Origin: Desulfatiglandales bacterium
GTDB taxonomy: Bacteria; Desulfobacterota; DSM-4660; Desulfatiglandales; Desulfatiglandaceae
NCBI GenBank assembly: GCA_963662465.1
Contig: OY759599.1
Coordinates: 6,464,001-6,528,000 of the forward strand
Direction of reading: 5' to 3'
DNA: 64,000 nucleotides
A program made the position numbers and the translations under genes. Below are positions 9,516 to 17,789 of this stretch, piece after piece; position 1 is the first letter of the stretch, and each line of letters opens with the position of its first letter. The notes beneath the pieces were generated by a model. That model was given only the letters and a program-made list of their open reading frames with translations. It did no database searches and had not been told where the DNA came from.

Positions 9516-10271
9516 ATGGGGCTTATATTCGATGAAAATACGCTGGGTTTCTATGATTCATGGCGGCAAAGCCATCAAAGCCGGACCATTGACAGGTCCA
9601 TCGAACCGCTTTTGACGTCGTTGCTGGAGCCGCGACCGGGCGACCGGGTTCTGGATATCGGTTGCGGCACGGGAAACCATCTGATCATGTTCAGCAAAAT
9701 GGGGCTGAACGTCAGCGGTGTTGATGCTTCCAGCCAGATGTTGGAAAGAGCCAGGGCCCGGCTGGGGAACAAATCCAACTTCAAAATCGGCATGGCGGAG
9801 GATCTGCCCTTCGATGACAATGAATTTGATCTGGCGGTTTTGATCAATACCCTGGAATTTCTGGATAATCCCCTTTCCGCGTTGCGGGAGGCGGGGCGTG
9901 TGGCCAGAAAGAAGATCTTTATCGGTGTTTTAAACAGCTTCTCCTGGAACGGAGTTTTAAAAACAATCCAGGGCTATTTTGGGGACCCCATTTTTGGACA
10001 GGCGAAACTTTACAATCTCTGGCAGCTCAAATCCCTGCTTCAACTGGCCTATGGTCCGATTCCCATTTCTTGGCAGTGCATCCGAATTATACCATCCTTC
10101 CTTGAAGAGACCTTTTCCGTAAACGGGGACTCGAAGGGCTTTAAACACTCTCCTTTTGGATTTTTTCTGGGTCTTTCCGCTACCCTGGTGTACCATTATG
10201 AGACCGACAACCTTCCGCTGAAAGTCAGGCTCAAGACGGCGAGTCAATCGTTTATGGGGATAGAGACTTAG
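9516..10271 (+). CDS. Class I SAM-dependent methyltransferase (Methyltransf_11-like)
   Basis: VLDIGCGTG, GVDAS, AEDLPFDDNEFD. Confidence 0.88.
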   Translation: MGLIFDENTLGFYDSWRQSHQSRTIDRSIEPLLTSLLEPRPGDRVLDIGCGTGNHLIMFSKMGLNVSGVDASSQMLERARARLGNKSNFKIGMAEDLPFDDNEFDLAVLINTLEFLDNPLSALREAGRVARKKIFIGVLNSFSWNGVLKTIQGYFGDPIFGQAKLYNLWQLKSLLQLAYGPIPISWQCIRIIPSFLEETFSVNGDSKGFKHSPFGFFLGLSATLVYHYETDNLPLKVRLKTASQSFMGIET

Positions 10272-10276
10272 GAGGG

Positions 10277-10311
10277 ATGAAAGGTGAAAGCTGAAAGCTG
10301 AAGGGTGAAAG
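10277..10311. repeat. Five heptamer units (NTGAARG) directly upstream of the amrS SD
   Basis: atgaaag gtgaaag ctgaaag ctgaagg gtgaaag, then AGGAG and the ATG at 10322. Confidence 0.8.
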
Positions 10312-10321
10312 AGGAGCAACC

Positions 10322-11335
10322 ATGAAAGAGGCGTATCTATATGAAAAGCTGAACAACAAAAAAGTGCAATGTCGTCTCTGTAATCATTTCTGTATTGTTG
10401 AGGATGGCGACAGGGGACTTTGCGGTGTCAGGGAAAACCGATCGGGGACTCTCTTCAGCCTGGTTTATGGAAAAATTATTGCGGCACACTGTGACCCCAT
10501 CGAAAAAAAACCGCTGTTTCATTTTCTTCCGGGAAGCAGCTCTTATTCCATTGCCACGGTGGGGTGCAACTTCCGATGTTCCTTTTGCCAAAACGCTGAT
10601 ATCAGCCAGATGCCCCTGGATCAAGCTCGCATCCTTGGGCAGAACACGACACCCGAAGATATTGTGCAGGCCGCTGTTGACCAGGGGGCAACCTCTATTT
10701 CCTATACTTACACAGAACCGACCATCTATATTGAAACGGCGCTTGAAACCGCACGGATTGCGTCAGAGAGGGGTCTATTAAATGTTTTTGTGTCCAACGG
10801 TTATATGACAAGCTCCTGTCTGGAAAAAATGGGTGGCGCCCTGCATGCAGCTAATGTGGACCTCAAAGCATTCAATGGAAAATTTTACCGGGAACAGTGC
10901 GGCGCTAAGCTGGAACCCGTTTTGAAAACCCTGGAAACCCTGAAAGCCATGGGGGTCTGGCTGGAAGTCACCACCCTGCTGATTCCGGGATTAAATGATA
11001 AACCGGAAGAGCTAAAGGAACTTGCCGGGTTCCTGGTGGATCTGGACCCGGGCATTCCATGGCACATTAGTCGATTTCACCCTACTTACCGTTTGGTGAA
11101 TATTCCCTCGACCCCCGTGAAAAGCATTCAACGTGCCAGGGACCTGGGATATGACGCAGGTCTCCAATATGTGTACACGGGGAATATCCATGGGGACGAA
11201 GGGGAAAACACTTTTTGCCATCATTGTAAGACGCTGCTGATCGACCGCACCGGATTTTTCGTGGGTGAAAACAGAATTCAGGGCAATCGGTGCGCCGTTT
11301 GTGAAAAAGAAATTCCCGGCCGCTGGAATGTTTGA
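10322..11335 (+). CDS. amrS: AmmeMemoRadiSam system radical SAM enzyme
   Basis: N-terminal CxxCxxxC...CGVR, DPIEKKPLFHF, GCNFRCSFCQN, YTYTEP, SRFHP, YVYTGN. Confidence 0.9.
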   Translation: MKEAYLYEKLNNKKVQCRLCNHFCIVEDGDRGLCGVRENRSGTLFSLVYGKIIAAHCDPIEKKPLFHFLPGSSSYSIATVGCNFRCSFCQNADISQMPLDQARILGQNTTPEDIVQAAVDQGATSISYTYTEPTIYIETALETARIASERGLLNVFVSNGYMTSSCLEKMGGALHAANVDLKAFNGKFYREQCGAKLEPVLKTLETLKAMGVWLEVTTLLIPGLNDKPEELKELAGFLVDLDPGIPWHISRFHPTYRLVNIPSTPVKSIQRARDLGYDAGLQYVYTGNIHGDEGENTFCHHCKTLLIDRTGFFVGENRIQGNRCAVCEKEIPGRWNV

Positions 11336-11485
11336 TTTTTTTTCTGTTGGGTGTTAAGTAAACATTGGGTGTCGGGAAGGGCTTTATGGGTTCTTTTTTT
11401 CACCAGGATCCCCGCTGAATTATTTTGATGGCCTTCTTCTGTTCAGCGGGGTTCCAAAAAAACGGTGCATGTTTGGAGAATCGCC

Positions 11486-11644
11486 ATGAAAAAAGAAGAT
11501 GAACTCGCGATTAAGGTGACCAAGGAAATTGTGGTTAAATTTATTGAGGCGGGACGGCTGAGCGCCGGCTCCTTTGAGGAAGTTTGGAATGATATTCATC
11601 GCATCGTCAGCCATTCAATGAAAGAGGCTAAAACGGAGGCCTAA
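11486..11644 (+). CDS. Small 52-aa protein, absent from the ORF track (MKKEDELAIKVTKEIVVKFIEAGRLSAGSFEEVWNDIHRIVSHSMKEAKTEA)
   Basis: SD GGAG at 11475-11478 and an amphipathic helical sequence; the KEIVVKFIE.GR.S motif resembles a conserved deltaproteobacterial hypothetical family (from memory). Confidence 0.75.
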   Translation: MKKEDELAIKVTKEIVVKFIEAGRLSAGSFEEVWNDIHRIVSHSMKEAKTEA

Positions 11645-12384
11645 TATTTTACCGTCATGAGGAATAATCCCTGGGGTGGCGCTTTTTTGCCGGCCAATCG
11701 ACGGTCTCTCGATTCCAGGATCTGCTCAAACCGCTTAACGTCCATTCGACCCAACCCCGCGTCCACAAGTGTTCCCACCATGTTTCGAACCATGTGCCGC
11801 AAAAAACCATTCCCCTCTACCACAATACGTAAATCCCCGTCTAAGTCGTTTTTGATGCAGGCCGCCAATATTGTTCTTATGGGGTTGGTATTGCTGCTTC
11901 CAGATGACTTGAAGCAGGAAAAATCATGGGTTCCCTTGAGGAGGTTCAGACACTCGGACATCTTGTTCACATCAAGGGGCACTCTGATATGCCATAGGGC
12001 ATTACGGCGAAAAATATCCGGATATTCTTTGTTCAGAATTCGGTATTCATAAATTTTGCTTTTAGCCCGGTACCTGGAATGAAAATCCAGAGGAACAATG
12101 GCTGCGTCCGTGATGAGAATGTCTGAAGGAAGAAGGGCATTGAGCCCTCGCCAAAGGGAGTCAATGGGGATAAGGGAACGGGTTTGGAAATTACAGACCT
12201 GGTTTAAGGCATGGACGCCTGCGTCAGTTCTACCGGAGGCCAGAAGTTTGACAGGCGATTTTGTCATTATTTGAAGCCTGTCTTCAATCACCTCCTGAAC
12301 GGTCAGCCCGTTTTTTTGCCGTTGCCATCCGTGATATCGGGCGCCGTCATAGGCAACGTCAAGTCTGATATTGCTCACATCCAT
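11641..12384 (-). CDS. truA: tRNA pseudouridine(38-40) synthase
   Basis: YDGARYHGWQRQ, SGRTDAGVHA, GTHDFS, GFLRHMVR, APPQGL. Confidence 0.96.
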   Translation of the reverse strand: MDVSNIRLDVAYDGARYHGWQRQKNGLTVQEVIEDRLQIMTKSPVKLLASGRTDAGVHALNQVCNFQTRSLIPIDSLWRGLNALLPSDILITDAAIVPLDFHSRYRAKSKIYEYRILNKEYPDIFRRNALWHIRVPLDVNKMSECLNLLKGTHDFSCFKSSGSSNTNPIRTILAACIKNDLDGDLRIVVEGNGFLRHMVRNMVGTLVDAGLGRMDVKRFEQILESRDRRLAGKKAPPQGLFLMTVKY

Positions 12385-12392
12385 TTTTTTTC

Positions 12393-12427
12393 AAAAAAAA
12401 AGGGAATCCGGCACAGATTCCCTTTTT
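12393..12427 (-). terminator. Intrinsic terminator after rpsI
   Basis: Minus strand AAAAAGGGAATC-tgtgccg-GATTCCC followed by T9. Confidence 0.8.
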
Positions 12428-12452
12428 GATAAATCATAATATGGATACAAAG

Positions 12453-12845
12453 TTAACGCTTTGAATACTGGTATCGTGCCCTTGCACCAGGCTGACCATA
12501 TTTTTTTCGCTCTTTCATTCTGGAATCTCGGGTTAGAAAACCGGCTTTTTTGAGGGAATCCCTCAATGAAGGATCCGTATCCACCAGTATCCGACTGATG
12601 CCATGACGAATGGCGCCGGCCTGTCCCGCAATTCCACCGCCCTTGACATTGATGTAAACATCAAACTTTTCAGCCAAATCAACCAACTTAAGAGGCTCCA
12701 TAACAGAGTTCTGATCCGCTTCTCTGGGCAGATATTGCTTCAAAGGTCTCTTGTTAATCGTTATCTCGCCCGTGCCGGACTTCATCCAGACCCGCGCAAC
12801 AGCTGACTTTCTTTTCCCAGTGGCGTGAAATAGTTCCTCTGCCAT
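12453..12845 (-). CDS. rpsI: 30S ribosomal protein S9
   Basis: TGKRKSAVARV, GGGIAGQAGAIRHG, ERKKYG, QYSKR. Confidence 0.99.
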   Translation of the reverse strand: MAEELFHATGKRKSAVARVWMKSGTGEITINKRPLKQYLPREADQNSVMEPLKLVDLAEKFDVYINVKGGGIAGQAGAIRHGISRILVDTDPSLRDSLKKAGFLTRDSRMKERKKYGQPGARARYQYSKR

Positions 12846-13274
12846 TTATATCTCCAATGCCTCCAGTTGTTGTGCCTCATGTGGATTTTCAGGGCCGACG
12901 TAAATTTTCAACTTTTTCAGCTGGCGTCTGCCCAGGCTGTTTTTGGGGAGCATGCCCCTAACCGCAAAGCGCAGAACATCTTCCGGTTTCTTCTCTAGCA
13001 GTTTTCGTGCGGAAATCTCTTTTAAACCACCGATATAACCACTGTGTCGATAATAGATTTTTTTGTCCCATTTCTTGCCGGAAAGGGCAACCTTTTCAGC
13101 ATTGACGACGACAATAAAGTCTCCGGTATCCGCATGGGGCGTAAAAATGGGTTTATGCTTTCCCCGCAGTCTCATGGCAATCTGGGTGGCAAGCCTTCCC
13201 AGGATTTTATCTTCCGCATCGACCAGATACCACTTTCTATCGACTTCCTGTTCCTTGGCAACAAATGTTTTCAT
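12846..13274 (-). CDS. rplM: 50S ribosomal protein L13
   Basis: MKTF start, [41 protein letters not shown]. Confidence 0.99.
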   Translation of the reverse strand: MKTFVAKEQEVDRKWYLVDAEDKILGRLATQIAMRLRGKHKPIFTPHADTGDFIVVVNAEKVALSGKKWDKKIYYRHSGYIGGLKEISARKLLEKKPEDVLRFAVRGMLPKNSLGRRQLKKLKIYVGPENPHEAQQLEALEI

Positions 13275-13309
13275 TTTCTTTATCCTGTTCAACAAAATAC
13301 GAAAAGATC

Positions 13310-13390
13310 TTTTTAGGCCAAATGGGCTTACATGTCAAGGTATTTTTTACGAAAAAAAATGTTGACATGATTTCGATTTCCTGTTAGATA
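13310..13390. promoter_or_regulatory. Back-to-back sigma70 promoters for rplM (-) and the tRNAs (+)
   Basis: TTGACA on minus at 13338-13333 with TAAAAG 17 nt on; TTGACA on plus at 13362-13367 with TG-n-TAGATA 17 nt on. Confidence 0.5.
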
Positions 13391-13404
13391 TTGCCTTCCA
13401 TTTG

Positions 13405-13481
13405 GCGCCCGTAGCTCAGCTGGATAGAGCGCCGGGCTTCGAACCCGTAGGCCGCAGGTTCGAGTCCTGCCGGGCGCACCA
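13405..13481 (+). tRNA. tRNA-Arg(UCG)
   Basis: GCGCCCG/CGGGCGC acceptor stem, D arm TAGCTCAGCTGGATAGAGC, anticodon loop CT-TCG-AA, T loop GTTCGAGTC, encoded CCA; 77 nt. Confidence 0.95.
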
Positions 13482-13499
13482 TGGAGAAAACTATATTAT

Positions 13500-13575
13500 G
13501 GGCCTGTAGCTCAGCTGGCAGAGCAGTTGACTCTTAATCAATTGGTCGAAGGTTCGAATCCTTCCAGGCCCACCA
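13500..13575 (+). tRNA. tRNA-Lys(CUU)
   Basis: GGGCCTG/CAGGCCC acceptor stem, anticodon loop CT-CTT-AA, GTTCGAATC, encoded CCA; 76 nt. Confidence 0.96.
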
Positions 13576-13583
13576 ACGAAATC

Positions 13584-13619
13584 AAGCACTTACGGCATTT
13601 TGCTGAAAGTGCTTTTTTT
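13584..13619 (+). terminator. Intrinsic terminator after tRNA-Lys
   Basis: AAGCACTT-a-CGGCA-ttt-TGCTG-a-AAGTGCTT running into a T tract. Confidence 0.7.
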
Positions 13620-13782
13620 GTGCTTGCCCGTTTTTGTACAGTCTTTGTACAAGATTATGGATTTTACCACAACCCCCCATGTTCCCGAAATCTATTTCGG
13701 GACCTTCCCGGCAAAATAAAAGTTGTCCCTGACTTTCCCCCATGGTAGAATTCAGCATGTTCATTCATGAAAGGGGTTCATC

Positions 13783-14088
13783 ATGGGCACCACCATTACT
13801 TTTGACACTCATGCTTTTGTAAAACAATTAAAATCCGCTGGGTTCAATGACAATCAAGCTGAAGTTCAGGCGCAAACAATCAATCAAGCACTATCTGATT
13901 TTCAGAGCAATCGTTTGAATGAATTGGCAACAAAGGCGGATCTATTGACAGTTAAAGCCGAATTGCAAACAGAAATCACGTCTACAAAGGCTGAGATTGC
14001 CGCATCCAGGTCCGAAACCATCAAATGGGTTGCCGGAATGCTGGTTGTCCAGGCTGGCGTTGTCGCTGCCCTGGTTAAACTTCTGTAG
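13783..14088 (+). CDS. DUF1640/CCDC90-like coiled-coil protein with a C-terminal TM helix
   Basis: FDTHAFVKQLKSAGF, QAE, LATKADL, IKWVAGMLVVQ; SD AGGGG. Confidence 0.85.
   Translation: MGTTITFDTHAFVKQLKSAGFNDNQAEVQAQTINQALSDFQSNRLNELATKADLLTVKAELQTEITSTKAEIAASRSETIKWVAGMLVVQAGVVAALVKLL
13974..14032 (+). repeat. 59-bp direct repeat, copy 1 (inside the DUF1640 gene)
   Basis: 56/59 identical to 15391-15449 by manual alignment. Confidence 0.9.
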
Positions 14089-14653
14089 GTTTCCCACAAA
14101 AACCGGTCCCATTTCTGAAACCGGTTTGGTGTCCCCTGATAATGACGGATTATTCCGTGGCAACACCTATTTCCTGATCCCGATAGGCCAAAGGCTTTGT
14201 CCCTGAGTTCTGACTTCAGGTCCTTGTCAATCCTGTTTCTTCCATACGTTATAAAATGGTGGGCGGCACAACGTTTACCGACTTCCATGCTGTATTTTGC
14301 TAACTTTTTGCGCTGGGTTGTCTGTTAAATAAATCGGTTACGTCACTACATGCCCCGTTTTATAGGACCTCCCAAATGGACTTTTCAGCCACTAAAAAGG
14401 GGGCTGATAACATGACCTGCGCTTTTTTCGGAAACAATTCCGCGCAGTGCGCGGATTTGAAATTGCTCATAAACATATCGGCGAATTTCGCGATTTGAAA
14501 TTTGTAGCAATGTTCATGAACTCCCGGGCCGATCTTTCAGACCACTGAAATCGCGTATTTATCCAATTTCCAAATTGCCCGTGGTGCTGCTTTGATAGGC
14601 GGTCGGCGGTTTTGGGGGTGTCACTTTGATCCCCCGAAAAGTCTCTATCCGCC

Positions 14654-14941
14654 CTACCATGCGCCGCCTTCTTCTCCCGGTTGTAAATTCGCCCCCGGAT
14701 CAGGCTTATCTGGTCCGGCGTCCATCATCGCTGATAGTTCCGGGATCAGGTCCGCCAGGGTGCGTAGGCGTTTGACTGTCGCTATGGATTTTCTGGTTTC
14801 TGTCGCTATGGTTTCCAAGGTATCACCGTGATCCCTTGCCCCACCATGTTCAATCCCCCAAATCTCATACAGTCGCTTGATCGCCCGCGCCATGGAAGAT
14901 GTGGACAACTGCCGGCAATGTGTCTCAAATACCACCCGCAA
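14654..14941 (-). pseudogene. Fragment of a phage-type ParB/Spo0J-like HTH protein
   Basis: RQLSTSSMARAIKRLYEIWGIEHGG...TLETIATETRKSIATVKRLRTLADLIPEL resembles the post-nuclease HTH region; no N-terminal ParB domain. Confidence 0.55.
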
Positions 14942-14959
14942 TGTGAGACATATCCCGGT

Positions 14960-15390
14960 TCAATTTCCTGCGAGTATTCGCTTTTCGATTTCAGCAACCG
15001 TGGCCATCTCTGAAAGCCCCGTCAAAATATCATCCACCAACCCTTGCAGAACCCCCCCTCTGATCTTCCGGCCCCATGCCCACCATGGCGGAAATGGCGT
15101 GATCAGGGACCAACTGGAACGCCGCTTTGGTAACTGTAACCAGGTTCCATAAGGCATCCATGACATCCTGCCTGGGGAGAAGAGCGCCTTTCATCTTACC
15201 AAGCTCGAATTCAAGTTTTTCGGCACGGGCAAGCTCCCATCGCTCCCTTGAATTTGTAATTTCCTTGTTATCTTTTGGGAAAAAGATATTCTCGGACCAC
15301 CATCGAATGAAGGCCCCCAGGTCCCAGGTGTACATGGTATCCGTACTTCCGGCTCTCATGGTCCCTCGCCTGTAGCCCCTTTCCGACATT
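14960..15390 (-). pseudogene. Terminase small subunit (Nu1/DUF1441-like) fragment, 5'-truncated and frameshifted
   Basis: WDLGAFIRWW...RERWELARAEKLEFELGKMKGALLPRQDV; deleting one G from the G7 run (15052-15058) joins ORF 15030-15422 to ...VLQGLVDDILTGLSE. Confidence 0.55.
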
Positions 15391-15449
15391 AATCGCGTCT
15401 GCAAAGGCTGAGATTGCCGCATCCAGATCCGAAACCATCAAATGGGTTG
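15391..15449 (+). repeat. 59-bp direct repeat, copy 2 (orphan fragment of the DUF1640 gene)
   Basis: aatcgcgtctgcaaaggctgagattgccgcatccagatccgaaaccatcaaatgggttg. Confidence 0.9.
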
Positions 15450-15503
15450 GATAATTGAGCTGAAAGCCGTTAGGAAAACCGGCCAATAGGATGTTTTAAA
15501 TGG

Positions 15504-16691
15504 TTAAAATCGGAACTGAAACTGAACGCCGTAGATGGCGTATTTGCCGTTGTTTACCCTGTTATTGAAGGTATCCCGATTGTCATCTCCGTCATTATAC
15601 CATATGAACTCGGGGATCAGTTGGAAACCCTTGGCCACGTTTATGGGAATGCTGATGCCCCAGAACCAGGACTTGTAGGCCATGGGGTTTTTATTGCCTT
15701 CGCTTTTCATCTGCCCATACATCAGGTGCGGCGTTACGCTTCCTAAGCGGTAAGATCCATCCACCCACCAGGCGTAAGTCCTGGTATCATCCAGTTGACG
15801 GTTATAGATGGTGGCGGCGGCGTTTCTTGCCGGTGGACTGACACCCATGCCGCCACCGGTATTGCTCCAGTTCTGCCCCCAGTTGCCTTCGGCGCTCATC
15901 TGAAAGGGACCGAAGGCGGCCATGATCCCCAGTGAACCGATGTAGGTGTCAATGTGATTGTCAATGCCATCGCAATCCGGGTGTTCGGAGAGGAAATTAA
16001 TTTTCCGCCGTTGATAGAGGAAGCTGGGATAAATGCTGATGGGTCCCGCATAAATGGGCAGACCCAGGTCGATTCGGGGCAGTTTGGTGTCGTTTTGATA
16101 GGGGATAATGGCATCTCCATACGGTGCATAATTCCCGAGCGTGCTTCCGTTCGGGTTTACCAGAGCGACGGCAAGGCGTATGGTATTGGTAAAATGGTAG
16201 GTTCCTCTTATCTGTGCAAAACGTCCGGAATAGAGTTCGCCGTAACCCTCGCCGATAATGTTCAGGCTTCCCGATCGGGTGCCGATCATCTGGAAAGGCA
16301 CAAGGGGAGAGATGGGGGTTGTGGTTTTTCCGGCCAGGATCTGAAAGTCGCGGGTGACGTCCCACCAGCCGTAGGCATGCCTGAGTGTAACCCCGTCGCT
16401 GGTGCTGTCGGCAGTGCCGCCACTGATCTGGCCGATGCCCACCTGAATGAACATGCCCACGTTTTCTTCGTTGGTCCATTCGGCATTTAACCGGGTTATA
16501 TTGGGAATTTGCAGGGCCGTGTTGGTAAATGAATTGTCACCGAGCTTTTTCCACTGGGAATTTTCTTTGTTTCTGTCCAGATAGTAGCAGTCCATATAAA
16601 TCCTGCCGCCGATGGTGATCTTGGCCGATGCGGTTTTCGCGGATATATTCAGTACAAACAGAAGCATGCAACAGAAGTATAACCCTTTCAA
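15504..16691 (-). CDS. Outer-membrane porin-like beta-barrel
   Basis: Signal peptide ending TASA, LRHAYGWW and ILAGKT motifs, C-terminal YGVQFQFRF; SD GAGGAGG 8 nt before the TTG at 16691. Confidence 0.75.
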   Translation of the reverse strand: MKGLYFCCMLLFVLNISAKTASAKITIGGRIYMDCYYLDRNKENSQWKKLGDNSFTNTALQIPNITRLNAEWTNEENVGMFIQVGIGQISGGTADSTSDGVTLRHAYGWWDVTRDFQILAGKTTTPISPLVPFQMIGTRSGSLNIIGEGYGELYSGRFAQIRGTYHFTNTIRLAVALVNPNGSTLGNYAPYGDAIIPYQNDTKLPRIDLGLPIYAGPISIYPSFLYQRRKINFLSEHPDCDGIDNHIDTYIGSLGIMAAFGPFQMSAEGNWGQNWSNTGGGMGVSPPARNAAATIYNRQLDDTRTYAWWVDGSYRLGSVTPHLMYGQMKSEGNKNPMAYKSWFWGISIPINVAKGFQLIPEFIWYNDGDDNRDTFNNRVNNGKYAIYGVQFQFRF

Positions 16692-16785
16692 AAATTTGTC
16701 CTCCTCGGAAACGTATGCTAAAACAATGCCGGGGTTATAACCTGGATATTTCAGGAAATCAACGCTGATGCGGCAACATATCATA

Positions 16786-16815
16786 TTGACATTTTGCGTC
16801 AAATACGCATTTAAT
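16786..16815 (+). promoter_or_regulatory. Candidate sigma70 promoter for the DUF362 operon with an overlapping palindrome
   Basis: TTGACA-N18-TTTAAT; TTGAC-N7-GTCAA (16786-16802) overlaps the -35 element. Confidence 0.4.
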
Positions 16816-16865
16816 ACAATCGTCCGAAACCTGAAATCAGCGGAACCCCGCGAACAGGAGGCTTC

Positions 16866-17789
16866 ATGATGAATCGAAGGGAATTTTTAAAGGTTCAGGC
16901 AAAGGGCATTCTGTGCCTGATGGCCGGTGGATCCGGAATATGGTTTGCCGGAAAAGCCCTCGCCGGGTTGTTGCCGGATATTGCCGTGGTTAAGGGGGGG
17001 CCTGCCGCGGCTACCCGGGCCGCCGTGGAACTCCTGGGCGGCATGAAACAGTTTGTGAAACCCGGAAACCGCGTGGTCATCAAGCCCAATATGAGTTTCC
17101 CCACGTCGCCTGAAAGGGCCTCCAACACGCATCCGGAAGTGATTCGGGAACTGGCTGTCATGTGCCGGGAGGCGGGCGCCGGGAGTGTGCTGGTCCTGGA
17201 CCATACCCTGGGCCCGGAAGCGCTTTGCCTTGAAAATTCGGGCATTGTCAAAGGGTGCAAATCCGTCAGTAATGATATGGTGTTTGCTGTTAATGATCAG
17301 CGATTTTACAAGGAAACCGATCTCCCCCAGGGGAAAAGCATGATGCGTACGGATATCGCAAAAGAAGTCCTCAAATGCGATGTCCTCATTGCGGCTCCCG
17401 TGGCCAAGAGTCATTCCAGCACCGGCGTCAGCCTCTCCATGAAGGGGATGATGGGGCTCATTTACAATCGCCGCGTGATGCACGGGCAATTTGACCTCAA
17501 TCGGTCCATTGTGGATTTGTGTACGGTGTTGAAAGCGGATCTGACCGTTATTGACGGCACCCGGGTCCTTTCCACCAACGGCCCCCGGGGACCCGGCAAG
17601 GTTTTGAAAGAGGACACCATTATTGCTTCAAAAGACATGGTGGCCGCCGATGCCTATGCGGTTTCCGCTTTTGAATGGTATGGCAGAAGATTCAAGCCTG
17701 AACAGGTGAAACATATCCATGAGGCCCATAAGAGGGGATTGGGCCGGATGGATGTGGAAAATCTGTCCATCAAGACCGTCCGTTTATGA
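16866..17789 (+). CDS. Tat-exported DUF362 domain protein
   Basis: MNRREFLK twin-arginine signal, VVIKPN, PVAKSH, SLSMKGMMG, DMVAAD. Confidence 0.88.
   Translation: MMNRREFLKVQAKGILCLMAGGSGIWFAGKALAGLLPDIAVVKGGPAAATRAAVELLGGMKQFVKPGNRVVIKPNMSFPTSPERASNTHPEVIRELAVMCREAGAGSVLVLDHTLGPEALCLENSGIVKGCKSVSNDMVFAVNDQRFYKETDLPQGKSMMRTDIAKEVLKCDVLIAAPVAKSHSSTGVSLSMKGMMGLIYNRRVMHGQFDLNRSIVDLCTVLKADLTVIDGTRVLSTNGPRGPGKVLKEDTIIASKDMVAADAYAVSAFEWYGRRFKPEQVKHIHEAHKRGLGRMDVENLSIKTVRL

Larger units (their letters stand above)
13576..15449. mobile_element. Decayed phage/integrative-element remnant next to tRNA-Lys
   Basis: Abuts a tRNA 3' end; TTTGTACA direct repeats (13633, 13644); DUF1640 gene, ParB-like and terminase-like fragments, low coding density; no integrase. 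Confidence 0.6.

Noticed and set aside
13527..13764. ORFs overlapping tRNA-Lys and its terminator
   Set aside because: They overlap a structural RNA and have no SD or recognisable motifs.
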